Positions 55,500 to 64,000 of a stretch of DNA of 64,000 nt are shown here, piece after piece (within the stretch, counting starts at the first letter, position 1; each line of letters starts with the position of its first letter). The notes under the pieces were generated by a model, which saw only the letters and a list, made by a program, of their open reading frames with translations, was not told where the DNA came from and searched no databases. The stretch comes from a virus (taxonomy: Duplodnaviria; Caudoviricetes), in the IMG/VR virus record IMGVR_UViG_3300033076_001181, positions 14,362 through 78,361 of that record; one strand, given 5' to 3'. The position numbers and the translations under genes were made by a program.

Positions 55500-57431
55500 T
55501 TACGCTACAGGTAAATTTAAATTATTGTTTGGAGAATTTGATGGAATTGAAGAATCAGTTCCTATAATATTATCATATGGATTAGGATCACCTATTGTGA
55601 ATATTTTACTTTGTTCAGGACTATTAGCTTCATATGCTGGGTCGATAGTATCTTCCCCAGTATATTGTTTACCAATTATATCTGGTCTATCTTTAATAAC
55701 ATGTGTTCTATTACCAATAAATGCTTCTCCTCTTTGTGGAGTATAGAATAGATCTTTATTATTATTTTCTTCATTAACACCAGTATTTTGAGTTAATGGA
55801 GTCATAGTACATGATACTTTAATACCTTTAGGTAATTGACCTGTATATAAATCAGTTCCTTGTTCAAATATATTATATCCTTCATCTCTATTAATATCAA
55901 ATCCCATTTCCATTATTGGAGAAAATGTAATATTTCTCATAACAATTACTGCTCTATTAAAATAATCTCCCATTGTGAAATAAGCCAAATTACCTCTAAT
56001 ATATCCTACATCAGAATAATCAGGCATTGTCAACCAGGTTAAAGCATTTAATTTTTGATAATTAGTAATTAAGTCTGTTCTTGATAAAGTAGGAACAACA
56101 AAATTAATATTAAAATCACGAGTGAATCCCTTATATCGATAGAAATTTTCAGCCCTACCCATATATTTAAAAGCATCCCACTCACCTGTAAAGTTATCTC
56201 CAAAATCTTCTATATATGCTCGTAATGGAATTTTAGTATTATTATTAGTACCATCATTATTAATTAATTCAAAATGAAAATTAATAATGTCTCCTTCATC
56301 TGGAATTACTTGATCTGATGATATAGATAAATTGGGATTAAATATTTTAACTACCCCATTACGTTTTCTAGAAAATGTAGTTTTACTAGTATTTAATTTT
56401 GTTTCTCTAAAAAGAGGATAAAAGGTTTTAACATCACCATCACTTGGTGTTAGATAAAAATCTGGGTTGTCTGGGTACTCTTCATTTTTAACAATATTAG
56501 TATAATTTGGAAACGGATTATTTTTAAATTGTAATGGGTTCCAAATTTTTAAATTTGTATTACCTATACCTAAAAATGATCCAGGACCACCACCATATGA
56601 TATTAAGTTAATATTATCATCTACCCCAGTTATACTATATAGTTGTTTAGCTAGTTTTATTTGAGTATCTTTTTTAGCAAAATTTATACCAGTACCTATT
56701 AATAATGGTAAGGCGGAAAGTGCTCCTAAACCAGCAAAAGCTAAAGGATTTCTTACACCTGAGTCTAGTAAACCTAATGTTCCTATACTTGCAATTGCAG
56801 CTGCAGCGGCTATGTTTCTTCCTTGTATGTTAGCTGATAGTCTACGTTTTTGAACTGTTATATTAGAAGATTCATCACCTAATCTTTTAACTGAGTATAG
56901 TAGTTGGAGACGATTACGAGAAGAGCCTCCTTCATTATTCCTATCATTATCATAAGTTGTAATATAATACCCAGTATCACCACTTCCATAGTAACCTGCT
57001 TTAAATGGGTTTAACCCGTCTTTATCTAAATGAAAACCAAAAGCACTCAAACCAGCTTGAGCTATAGTGTTGGTAGGGAAATAGGTTCTACTTCTACCAT
57101 CTAACACATCAGCATTTTGTCTAGCTAAAATAGCTTGTTTAGCTACAAATAATGCTCCATTTAATGAAGCGCCCTTAGCAAACGGATTAAAAAATTTAGT
57201 TAACCTAATAGTATCATTAACTGACGCTGCAGTTGCTCCTAAAGCACCTCCTCTTAATAAAAAGTCATTACCTAAAACATTATAGGCTAAAGTACCTTGC
57301 TCTGCTCCTAAAGTTACATCAATCGGATTCTGAATATAAGGCTGATTACTAGACCCACCATCTGGTCTATCATTTCCAAATGGGATACTTTTTAGTTTTG
57401 TTTCATCTAATCTGTCTCTTAATAAAGGCAT
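55500..57431 (-). CDS. Tail tube initiator/baseplate protein
   Basis: C-term RAYI..F.D.FTGEW...YMGRAE.FY.Y.GFTR.FNINF; between TMP and LysM genes. Confidence 0.7.
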   Translation of the reverse strand: MPLLRDRLDETKLKSIPFGNDRPDGGSSNQPYIQNPIDVTLGAEQGTLAYNVLGNDFLLRGGALGATAASVNDTIRLTKFFNPFAKGASLNGALFVAKQAILARQNADVLDGRSRTYFPTNTIAQAGLSAFGFHLDKDGLNPFKAGYYGSGDTGYYITTYDNDRNNEGGSSRNRLQLLYSVKRLGDESSNITVQKRRLSANIQGRNIAAAAAIASIGTLGLLDSGVRNPLAFAGLGALSALPLLIGTGINFAKKDTQIKLAKQLYSITGVDDNINLISYGGGPGSFLGIGNTNLKIWNPLQFKNNPFPNYTNIVKNEEYPDNPDFYLTPSDGDVKTFYPLFRETKLNTSKTTFSRKRNGVVKIFNPNLSISSDQVIPDEGDIINFHFELINNDGTNNNTKIPLRAYIEDFGDNFTGEWDAFKYMGRAENFYRYKGFTRDFNINFVVPTLSRTDLITNYQKLNALTWLTMPDYSDVGYIRGNLAYFTMGDYFNRAVIVMRNITFSPIMEMGFDINRDEGYNIFEQGTDLYTGQLPKGIKVSCTMTPLTQNTGVNEENNNKDLFYTPQRGEAFIGNRTHVIKDRPDIIGKQYTGEDTIDPAYEANSPEQSKIFTIGDPNPYDNIIGTDSSIPSNSPNNNLNLPVA

Positions 57432-57712
57432 TATCTAGGTTGATTAAGAGTATAAGGCAAAGCTTGTCCACTTGGAGAGATTGATGGGGTTGTGCCTCCT
57501 AAATCTAATTGAGAAGGAGTAGGTAAAACATTATTAACTCCATCTAAATATTGTTGTAAAGCATTATTCACAGCCCCAGCATTTTGTCCAGTGATAGAAT
57601 AACTATCATGCATTAATGATTGAGGAGTAGCTAATGGATTGATTGGAGGTGTATTTCCATTATATGGAGTTAATGTTGTATCTCCTTGTTGTAATTTATC
57701 TAGTAATCCCAT
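57431..57712 (-). CDS. Hypothetical Pro/Gln-rich structural protein (MGLLDKL)
   Basis: 93-aa ORF; ATATTTAT at 57729-57736. Confidence 0.65.
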   Translation of the reverse strand: MGLLDKLQQGDTTLTPYNGNTPPINPLATPQSLMHDSYSITGQNAGAVNNALQQYLDGVNNVLPTPSQLDLGGTTPSISPSGQALPYTLNQPR

Positions 57713-57742
57713 AATATTATATTTTATTATAAATATTTATTT

Positions 57743-60142
57743 TTATTGGAGTTGCATATATCTTTTATCTAGCTCTGTGACTATAAATGGAGTTACTAGT
57801 CGAGCAAAAGCAGTACCATCAATTGTAAGAGATGTTTCTCCACCTTTAACAATAACTTGAGATTCACCTTTTGAATTAAGAATATCTTTTGTTTTTCCTG
57901 CTGTAGCGACATTAGCTCCAGCTGGTAAAGTAACAAGTTCTGGGCCTTCTTCTCCAACTAAGGCTATTCCACTATTAGTAACTAAACCTCCATTTTTATA
58001 TGCTGGTATTTGGGATGCTTGTTCTTTATTATCAGTAAACGCACCCATAGCTGCTGCTACAGCAGTACCTACAGCTAGTAATCCTATACCTAAAGTTATA
58101 CCTGCAGCCCATGTTAAAGCTCCAGCAGCCGCCATTCCTGTTGTAGCAGCCATAGTTGCTAATTGACCTAAAAATCCAGCTAGTTTTATAGCTCCAAAAG
58201 CAACACCTATAGCTTGGATTGTAGTTACTATTCTATCAGTTAGATTTCCAATATTAGATAACATATCTACAAATTTAGAAGCAGGACCTTCTATAAATGA
58301 GGCTAATATGGCTTTACCTTTTTCTAATATCTCATTAAATTTAGTTTGAGCATCTATTTCTTCTAATGCTTTTTTAGCTGCTTCTTCATTACCAATAGAG
58401 TTTTCTAACATTCTCACTTTATCCATATCACCTCTTTGTTTAGCTAAAGCAATCTGTTCTTCAATTTGTTTTTTAGTATTGGCTCCTAAATTATTAATAT
58501 TTTCATTATATAATAACATATTAGCTAATTCATCTGCATTCATACCTAACGCTTTAGCATAGGCTTCTTGTTGTAAAACATTCATGCTAGAAAATTCAGC
58601 TGATGTTCCTATTTGTTCAGCTACTTTAGATGCTGCTTCAGCTGTTTTGCCATTTAAAGCTAATAATCGAGCTTCTTCTAAATTAATTTGTTTACCAGTT
58701 AATAATTCTGCTTCTAATTCAGCTGAGATACTGTCTTCAAATTGAAGTAATGAATTAGCCATGTTTTTAGCTTTTTCAAGGTTTATACCTAATTTTTCAG
58801 TTTGAACGACAGCTTGGGCTATTAAAGCAGGATTGTTTTGATATTGTAATCTTAATTGACCTGATACTTTAGCTACTTCACTTAATACTTTTTTATTATC
58901 TAATTGTATTCCGGTTTGTTTAGCTAACGCGGATGTTTGTTTAATAGTAGTTTTTAGAACTTGATCAGCTGTCATTCCATTAGCCATAGCTAATTGTTGT
59001 AATCCAGCAGCTTCTTCTTCTTGTAATCCTAATAATGTAGTTAATTTAATTTGGTCTTTTAATTGAGCTTCAGTAAATCCTCTTGTAGCCCCAAATGCTT
59101 TACCTAATTGAAAAGCAGACTCAGCGAGTCTTTGTTGGGTTACTAGTAATCTTTCAGCCTCATTAGCTGAGTTGCCTGTTTCTCTAGTTATTTCTCCAAA
59201 ACGAGTATTTAAGTCTCTGGCTTCTTCTTTTGATATAGCTAAGCCTTTCCCTAAATCTACAATACGTTTATCAGCGGCAAAACCTATATTTAAGAATTCT
59301 TTAAATAATTTAACTAACAGCATTATAGATGTTAAAGGATCTTGTAATGTTTCAATTAATCCTTTACCCATCTTTTTAAAAGCCATACCCATGGCCTCAG
59401 TTTTCCCAACTATTCTATTTTCGTTTTCAGCTATGTCAGCGATATCTTTTTCTACTTCACTTAATATCCCACTCATTCCAGGTAAATCTCCTAAAAATGG
59501 AATTTTAGACATTCCTTTCATTAGTGTTCCAGTAACACCTAAAGATTTTTCTATTTGTTTTTGAACATCTATATTATGATCTAACTGATGATTAAAATCA
59601 TTATATGCATTTATGTTTTCAAAAAGTTGAGTATTAATATTTTGGAGAGAAGACTGTACTTGGGCTAATCGTGCAGATTCAGCATCATTTAGTCCTTGAC
59701 GTCTTTTCTTTAATAATAATCCAGCAAGTTCAGTTTTTTCAAGTTTAGAGGCTAATTCTAAATCTTTTATTTTTTGTTGTGATTTCTTTTTTAAGTTTTC
59801 TAATTCTTTAGAAGACAAACGATTAAGACCTGATTGATGATATTGAAGTTTAGCTGCTAAACTTTCTAAACCTTTAAAAGCAGAAGTTGCCCTTCCTACT
59901 CCACTGCTCATCCCCTTAATTTCATCTACTATATTAGCAAATGCAAGTCTAGTACCTTCAATATCTTTAGTAAGATCTTTCCATTCTTTTTCTAAACGAC
60001 TTAATTCTTTAGCTGCTCTACCTTGTTGATTAGCAAAATCAGCAGCGTTTTTAGCAGCTGATTCAGTTAAACCATCTATTTTCTTGTATAAATCTATTAA
60101 TTTCGCTAGTTCAGCTGGTGATAGGTTAGGTTGTTGAGCCAT
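57743..60142 (-). CDS. Tape measure protein
   Basis: 799 aa, helical Ala/Leu/Lys/Gln-rich; C-term GGLV..LVGEEGPEL; follows the chaperone pair. Confidence 0.88.
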   Translation of the reverse strand: MAQQPNLSPAELAKLIDLYKKIDGLTESAAKNAADFANQQGRAAKELSRLEKEWKDLTKDIEGTRLAFANIVDEIKGMSSGVGRATSAFKGLESLAAKLQYHQSGLNRLSSKELENLKKKSQQKIKDLELASKLEKTELAGLLLKKRRQGLNDAESARLAQVQSSLQNINTQLFENINAYNDFNHQLDHNIDVQKQIEKSLGVTGTLMKGMSKIPFLGDLPGMSGILSEVEKDIADIAENENRIVGKTEAMGMAFKKMGKGLIETLQDPLTSIMLLVKLFKEFLNIGFAADKRIVDLGKGLAISKEEARDLNTRFGEITRETGNSANEAERLLVTQQRLAESAFQLGKAFGATRGFTEAQLKDQIKLTTLLGLQEEEAAGLQQLAMANGMTADQVLKTTIKQTSALAKQTGIQLDNKKVLSEVAKVSGQLRLQYQNNPALIAQAVVQTEKLGINLEKAKNMANSLLQFEDSISAELEAELLTGKQINLEEARLLALNGKTAEAASKVAEQIGTSAEFSSMNVLQQEAYAKALGMNADELANMLLYNENINNLGANTKKQIEEQIALAKQRGDMDKVRMLENSIGNEEAAKKALEEIDAQTKFNEILEKGKAILASFIEGPASKFVDMLSNIGNLTDRIVTTIQAIGVAFGAIKLAGFLGQLATMAATTGMAAAGALTWAAGITLGIGLLAVGTAVAAAMGAFTDNKEQASQIPAYKNGGLVTNSGIALVGEEGPELVTLPAGANVATAGKTKDILNSKGESQVIVKGGETSLTIDGTAFARLVTPFIVTELDKRYMQLQ

Positions 60143-60166
60143 AAATTATATATATGTAATAAATAT

Positions 60167-60194
60167 AAAAAAAGCCAAGTTTTAATACTTGGCT
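60167..60194 (-). terminator. Rho-independent terminator
   Basis: AGCCAAGT-attaaa-ACTTGGCT followed by a T run. Confidence 0.7.
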
Positions 60195-60476
60195 GTTCTT
60201 TTACTATTAGGTATTTGTCCTTTAAAATGAGATGGAATATTTACTTTACCTTCTTTAATTTTTTGAGACTGGGTAGCTAAATCTTCATTTTGTTGTTTGT
60301 TTTGGTTTTCATAATGTTCTCGTAATTTACTAAAAGTAAATCTACGTAACCAAACAGGCATGTTATATACTGTTTCCCAATCATATCCTCCATTTCCATG
60401 GAAAACTATTTCATGAATTTGAGTAAATATATTAGCTCTTATTTGAGGTACTATCTCAGATGTCAGGCCAAAAAAA
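60182..60476 (-). CDS. Tail assembly chaperone second part (probable frameshift extension)
   Basis: Open +1 frame from the T7 run at 60470-60476: FGLTSEIVPQIRANIFTQIHEIVFHGNGGYDWETVYNMPVWLRRF.. Confidence 0.65.
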
Positions 60477-61187
60477 GCTAAGTCCAACTGGAATTGAAAC
60501 TTTTTTGTCGCTCCTGTCGGGAAAAAAGGTTAGGTCAACATCTGGCTGAACCTCCTTTATATACTCTCTTAATGCTCTTGAGTCCCGAGCTAACAATTGT
60601 GTGTCTACAAATTGTCTGATGTCTTTAGTTTCTCTATTGCCGTTTACTGACGTTATAATATATTTTAAACGAGTGGAAAGTTCGGGAGATGAGTCTTTAT
60701 TAATTTTTTTAAGACCTTCTAACTCATTATTGATTTTTTTCTCATCCGCTCCTGTTAGTAACTTAAATGTAATATCTATTTTAGAAGCAGGTAATGTGAA
60801 ATCAAATTCATTAATACCTTTTTTAAATAAATTTTCATTTAAAGGTTTGTTTTCTAATACAGATAGATCAACTGTATGTTCTTCTCCACCCCACATGAAT
60901 GTATAATCTTTACCATAACCCAAAACACGAGCTGCTACTAATAAAGCATTTTTATCACCCACACATAAATCATTATAATTTACCTCAGATACAATAAGAG
61001 ATTTAATCAACTCATCTAATACTGTTCCTTTATTGATGTAGTTTTGATTAGTTAAAATATCTTCTTCTTTAGCGGTCATGTATTTCATTTCAACCTCACC
61101 TTTAGATAAAGGAGAAGATGGAGGATATATTAAACCTTTAGAAGGAAGTTCAACAATTTCTGTTGGGATGTTTAGTTTATTTTCCAT
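60456..61187 (-). CDS. Tail assembly chaperone/baseplate hub assembly protein (gp26-like)
   Basis: LPSKGLIYP..MTAKEEDIL..GDKNALL..AR..GYG; between tube and TMP genes. Confidence 0.75.
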   Translation of the reverse strand: MENKLNIPTEIVELPSKGLIYPPSSPLSKGEVEMKYMTAKEEDILTNQNYINKGTVLDELIKSLIVSEVNYNDLCVGDKNALLVAARVLGYGKDYTFMWGGEEHTVDLSVLENKPLNENLFKKGINEFDFTLPASKIDITFKLLTGADEKKINNELEGLKKINKDSSPELSTRLKYIITSVNGNRETKDIRQFVDTQLLARDSRALREYIKEVQPDVDLTFFPDRSDKKVSIPVGLSFFWPDI

Positions 61188-61241
61188 AAATTTTATTTGA
61201 TATAACTTTATATTCTTATATAAATATATACAAAATTAACT

Positions 61242-63167
61242 TTATTTACTTCCTACTGGTAAGTCTTCAATAACATCTAAATATCTTTCTGATGGTTTAT
61301 ATTTTTGAGTAAATTGAATAGCTGATCCTGAAGGATTCATAGTTACAGTTATGTTTAATGGAAGTTGAGGCTGTACTGGAACATTAACTGGTAGTGGTGA
61401 AGATGTTGTTTCTAAATGATTTTCATTTGTATTGTCTAAACCAGTCTCCCCTAATGTATTAGTTTGTGGACTATTAGGATCTTGAATTTCAACATTATTT
61501 AAATAGCCATTATTAGGTGAGTAAACATTTATAAATGTACTAGGAGCACCACCAAATTCCCCCATATATGTTTGAGGTGGTAAAACTGTTGGGGTGGCTA
61601 CAGCTATTGCAGGAGTTACTGTGGTAGAAAGTGAATTATTATTAGTGTCTAACCCAGTTGAATCTAAAGTATTAACTTGTGTATTACTGTTATCATCAAC
61701 TATAGTATTATAGTTATCTAAATATGTTTGATTAGGATTATATTGTGGAGAAAATTGTTCTGGTGCTCCTTGAAATGGGCCCATAAAAGTTTGGGTAGGT
61801 AGATTTTGAGGAGTTACAGGTAATTCTTGTAAAGTATTTAATGGGTTAGTTGTTGAAGATATTGAGTTTTGATTCTCTATATCAAGACCAGTTTCACTTA
61901 ATGTGTTTATTTGTGGGCTATTAGGATCTTGTATTTCAACATTATTTAAATATCCTTCATTTAAATTAGGAGTATATAATTGAGTAAATTGTTCAGGCGC
62001 TCCTTGAAACTCACCCATAAATGTTTGAGGAGGGAGATTTACAGGAGTGACTGGAAGTTGTGAAAGAGTATTTAATGGATTAGTGGTTGTAGGTGCTGAG
62101 AGTTGTACTGTATTATCTAAACCTGTTAAACCTTCTAATATAGTATTCTGCTGGATGTCTGGGTTAAGCGCGTTTAAATAAGTATTATCCGGAGTATATG
62201 GAGTTATATATTGGTCTGGGGCTCCGCCAAATTTACCCATTTGAATTAAAGGAGACGCCGACGGTATACCATAGTTAGTAGGTGAACTTATACTATTAGG
62301 TGTTGAAGTAGTAGGATCAGAATTTGGATCTAAATTATCTAATCCAGTTTTATCAAGTGTATCAACTTGAGGATTAGTTTCTTCAGTAGTTAAAGATGGA
62401 AGTGTACTTAAATAAGTATTATTAGGCCCATATAATGGATTATATTGTTCTGGGGCGCCACCAAACTCACCTGTTGGTGAAGAAGATGGAATACCATAAT
62501 CAGTAGGAGTTGTTGGTGTAGTTGTAGTTGGGGAAGAATTAGGATTTAAATTATCTAACCCAGTTTGGCCATCTAATATAGTATTTTGTTGAGAATTTGG
62601 ATTAAATGTGTTTAAATAAGTGTTATTTGGAGTATATATTTGATTAAAATTATTACTTTGTCCTTGAAATTCTCCTGAAGCTAAACTAGGGTAAGCGGTA
62701 TTTGTAGTAGGTACAGTTGTGGTAGGAGCAGCATTTTGATTTTCTACATCTAATCCAGTTTCTGATAATGATTGTTCAAGTGGACTTGTGGGAGCTCCAG
62801 CTACTACATCATTATAATTAATAACTGGGTTCCATATTTGTAAAAATTGTAAAGCACTTTGATTTAAACTACCTTTAGCAATAGCTGGATACTGAGTTAA
62901 AGTATTAGGTGTAGTTGTAGATGGGATTGATGTTAAATCATCTACATCTAGTCCTGTTTCTGATAATGTTGGAGGTTGGATTCCAGTATTTGTTCCTCCA
63001 ATAAATGAATTAACATAAGTATTATTTGAATCCCATACTTGTTGGAATGGAGTAGTTCCAGTGTTAAATTCTCCAGTAGGTGTTCCTACAGGGCCATTAC
63101 CTTGATTAGGAGTTGGATCTACATCTAATGTAGTTTTATTTTGAAGGAATAAGTTTAATAAACCCAT
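61242..63167 (-). CDS. Pro/Thr/Asn/Gln-rich tandem-repeat protein
   Basis: Eight TGLD motifs, each in a roughly 60-75 aa module with GEF.G.P and YL.N motifs. Confidence 0.8.
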   Translation of the reverse strand: MGLLNLFLQNKTTLDVDPTPNQGNGPVGTPTGEFNTGTTPFQQVWDSNNTYVNSFIGGTNTGIQPPTLSETGLDVDDLTSIPSTTTPNTLTQYPAIAKGSLNQSALQFLQIWNPVINYNDVVAGAPTSPLEQSLSETGLDVENQNAAPTTTVPTTNTAYPSLASGEFQGQSNNFNQIYTPNNTYLNTFNPNSQQNTILDGQTGLDNLNPNSSPTTTTPTTPTDYGIPSSSPTGEFGGAPEQYNPLYGPNNTYLSTLPSLTTEETNPQVDTLDKTGLDNLDPNSDPTTSTPNSISSPTNYGIPSASPLIQMGKFGGAPDQYITPYTPDNTYLNALNPDIQQNTILEGLTGLDNTVQLSAPTTTNPLNTLSQLPVTPVNLPPQTFMGEFQGAPEQFTQLYTPNLNEGYLNNVEIQDPNSPQINTLSETGLDIENQNSISSTTNPLNTLQELPVTPQNLPTQTFMGPFQGAPEQFSPQYNPNQTYLDNYNTIVDDNSNTQVNTLDSTGLDTNNNSLSTTVTPAIAVATPTVLPPQTYMGEFGGAPSTFINVYSPNNGYLNNVEIQDPNSPQTNTLGETGLDNTNENHLETTSSPLPVNVPVQPQLPLNITVTMNPSGSAIQFTQKYKPSERYLDVIEDLPVGSK

Positions 63168-63190
63168 ATTATTTTATTATAAATATTTAG

Positions 63191-63223
63191 AAAAGAAAAG
63201 CCCACATTACTGTGGGCCTTTTT
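63191..63223 (-). terminator. Rho-independent terminator after the tube gene
   Basis: GGCCCAC-AGTAAT-GTGGGCT-TTTCTTTT. Confidence 0.75.
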
Positions 63224-63241
63224 ATGTTTAAATAGTGAATA

Positions 63242-63730
63242 TTAGAAGTTTAACACGCAATAATCTACTGCTACAGTCATGGTTAAATTAACTGCGGTAT
63301 CAGTTGTGTCCCAGTTATAATCACCAAAATTAGCATCTTTAATAAATGCGCCTTTAAGAATCCATTCACTTACAACATCTCCTACAGGTCCTAAAACATC
63401 TAATACTAGATCCTTTTTATAAAAATCTGAGTATCCATCACGACCTGTTACTGATTCGTGATGCAAACGAACCCATTCCATTACAGCTTGAGCTCCAGAA
63501 GGTGTGATAGGATCAAATAATGTCATTTGAACATCATTCCAAACTGTCTTTCCTTTTACTTTTCTTTGGATGTTAATATGATTTAAAGTTACTTCACCTT
63601 GTGTCAAAGTTATAGCATTAACACCTTTAACTATATAGCTAGGCACTCCATCCATATATAGGATGAAGCGATTAGCTTGTTTTGGTTCAAATGCTGTGAA
63701 GAATATTTCGTTTGAATTTAATATTGCCAT
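63242..63730 (-). CDS. Tail tube protein (gp19-like)
   Basis: FEPKQANRF..WNDV.MTL.DPI..WV..YKKD..L..LGP.G....EW.L.GAF. Confidence 0.9.
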   Translation of the reverse strand: MAILNSNEIFFTAFEPKQANRFILYMDGVPSYIVKGVNAITLTQGEVTLNHINIQRKVKGKTVWNDVQMTLFDPITPSGAQAVMEWVRLHHESVTGRDGYSDFYKKDLVLDVLGPVGDVVSEWILKGAFIKDANFGDYNWDTTDTAVNLTMTVAVDYCVLNF

Positions 63731-63766
63731 GTTTTTATTTATTATAAATATTCAATCTTTAAATTT

Positions 63767-64000
63767 TTATGCTGGGAAACTAGCTCCTGTTGGTGTAACA
63801 ATGAAATCTAGGTAAATGAATTCAGCAGTTTTAGTTGGTTGAACATAAATTTGACCTACTAATTCATTTCTATCAATTACATCAGCTGTATTGTTACTAT
63901 CATCCATAATTACTTTAAACGCATACAATCCTTGTCTTTGTTGAACATTTTCTAAGTATGGGTTTACTTGTGCTAAGAAGTTATTTCTTGTAGCTGCTGA
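63767..64000 (-). CDS. Tail sheath protein, C-terminal part (runs off window)
   Basis: Manual translation ..TRNNFLAQVNPYLENVQQRQGLYAFKVIMDDSNNTADVIDRNELVGQIYVQPTKTAEFIYLDF.. Confidence 0.93.
   Translation of the reverse strand, partial: SAATRNNFLAQVNPYLENVQQRQGLYAFKVIMDDSNNTADVIDRNELVGQIYVQPTKTAEFIYLDFIVTPTGASFPA

Noticed and set aside
1321-60906. Short plus-strand ORFs in the track (60-130 aa)
   Set aside because: All lie antisense to longer minus-strand genes with recognisable motifs or coupling; they have no promoter motifs and no family signatures
1-64000. Alternative genetic code (stop reassignment)
   Set aside because: Conserved enzymes are full length under code 11, and TAA, TAG and TGA all terminate genes at expected positions
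1-64000. tRNA or rRNA genes
   Set aside because: Intergenic gaps are short and no cloverleaf or T-loop motif was seen by eye; tRNAscan-SE or Aragorn would confirm

Overview
A 64 kb segment of a large, AT-rich, lytic-type myovirus genome. Every credible gene is on the minus strand, the standard code is used, and I saw no tRNA, CRISPR array or integrase. A Bacteroidota host is inferred from TTTG..TAnnTT-type promoters, Q-rule signal peptides and a T9SS-like sorting domain. In transcription order (64000 to 1) the window holds: (i) a contractile tail module with sheath end, tube, a 641-aa repeat protein, a chaperone pair joined by a probable frameshift, tape measure, tube initiator, LysM-like protein, hub-lysozyme fusion and three fibre-like genes; (ii) a T4-like replisome with gp32, UvsX, 5'-3' exonuclease, gp41 helicase, NrdAB, PolB, clamp and clamp loader, plus a divergent family A polymerase and GroES/GroEL; (iii) a 7-deazaguanine DNA-modification cluster (TGT/DpdA-like, queC, queD, queE, folE) that also carries an HPRT-like phosphoribosyltransferase, two thioredoxins and a MazG-like pyrophosphatase directly upstream of PolB; (iv) a roughly 10 kb glycan-biosynthesis block (GT4 x2, GT2s, WavE-like x2, FkbM, GDPD-like, HAD-nucleotidyltransferase); (v) many small accessory ORFs and the 5' part of thyA. 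The best candidates for new biology are the extended deazaguanine/nucleotide-pool cluster, the promoter-bounded glycan cassette, the T9SS-cargo-like protein, the second polymerase, and two promoter classes, one of which predicts near-leaderless mRNAs. All family calls come from motifs read by eye; no searches were run.
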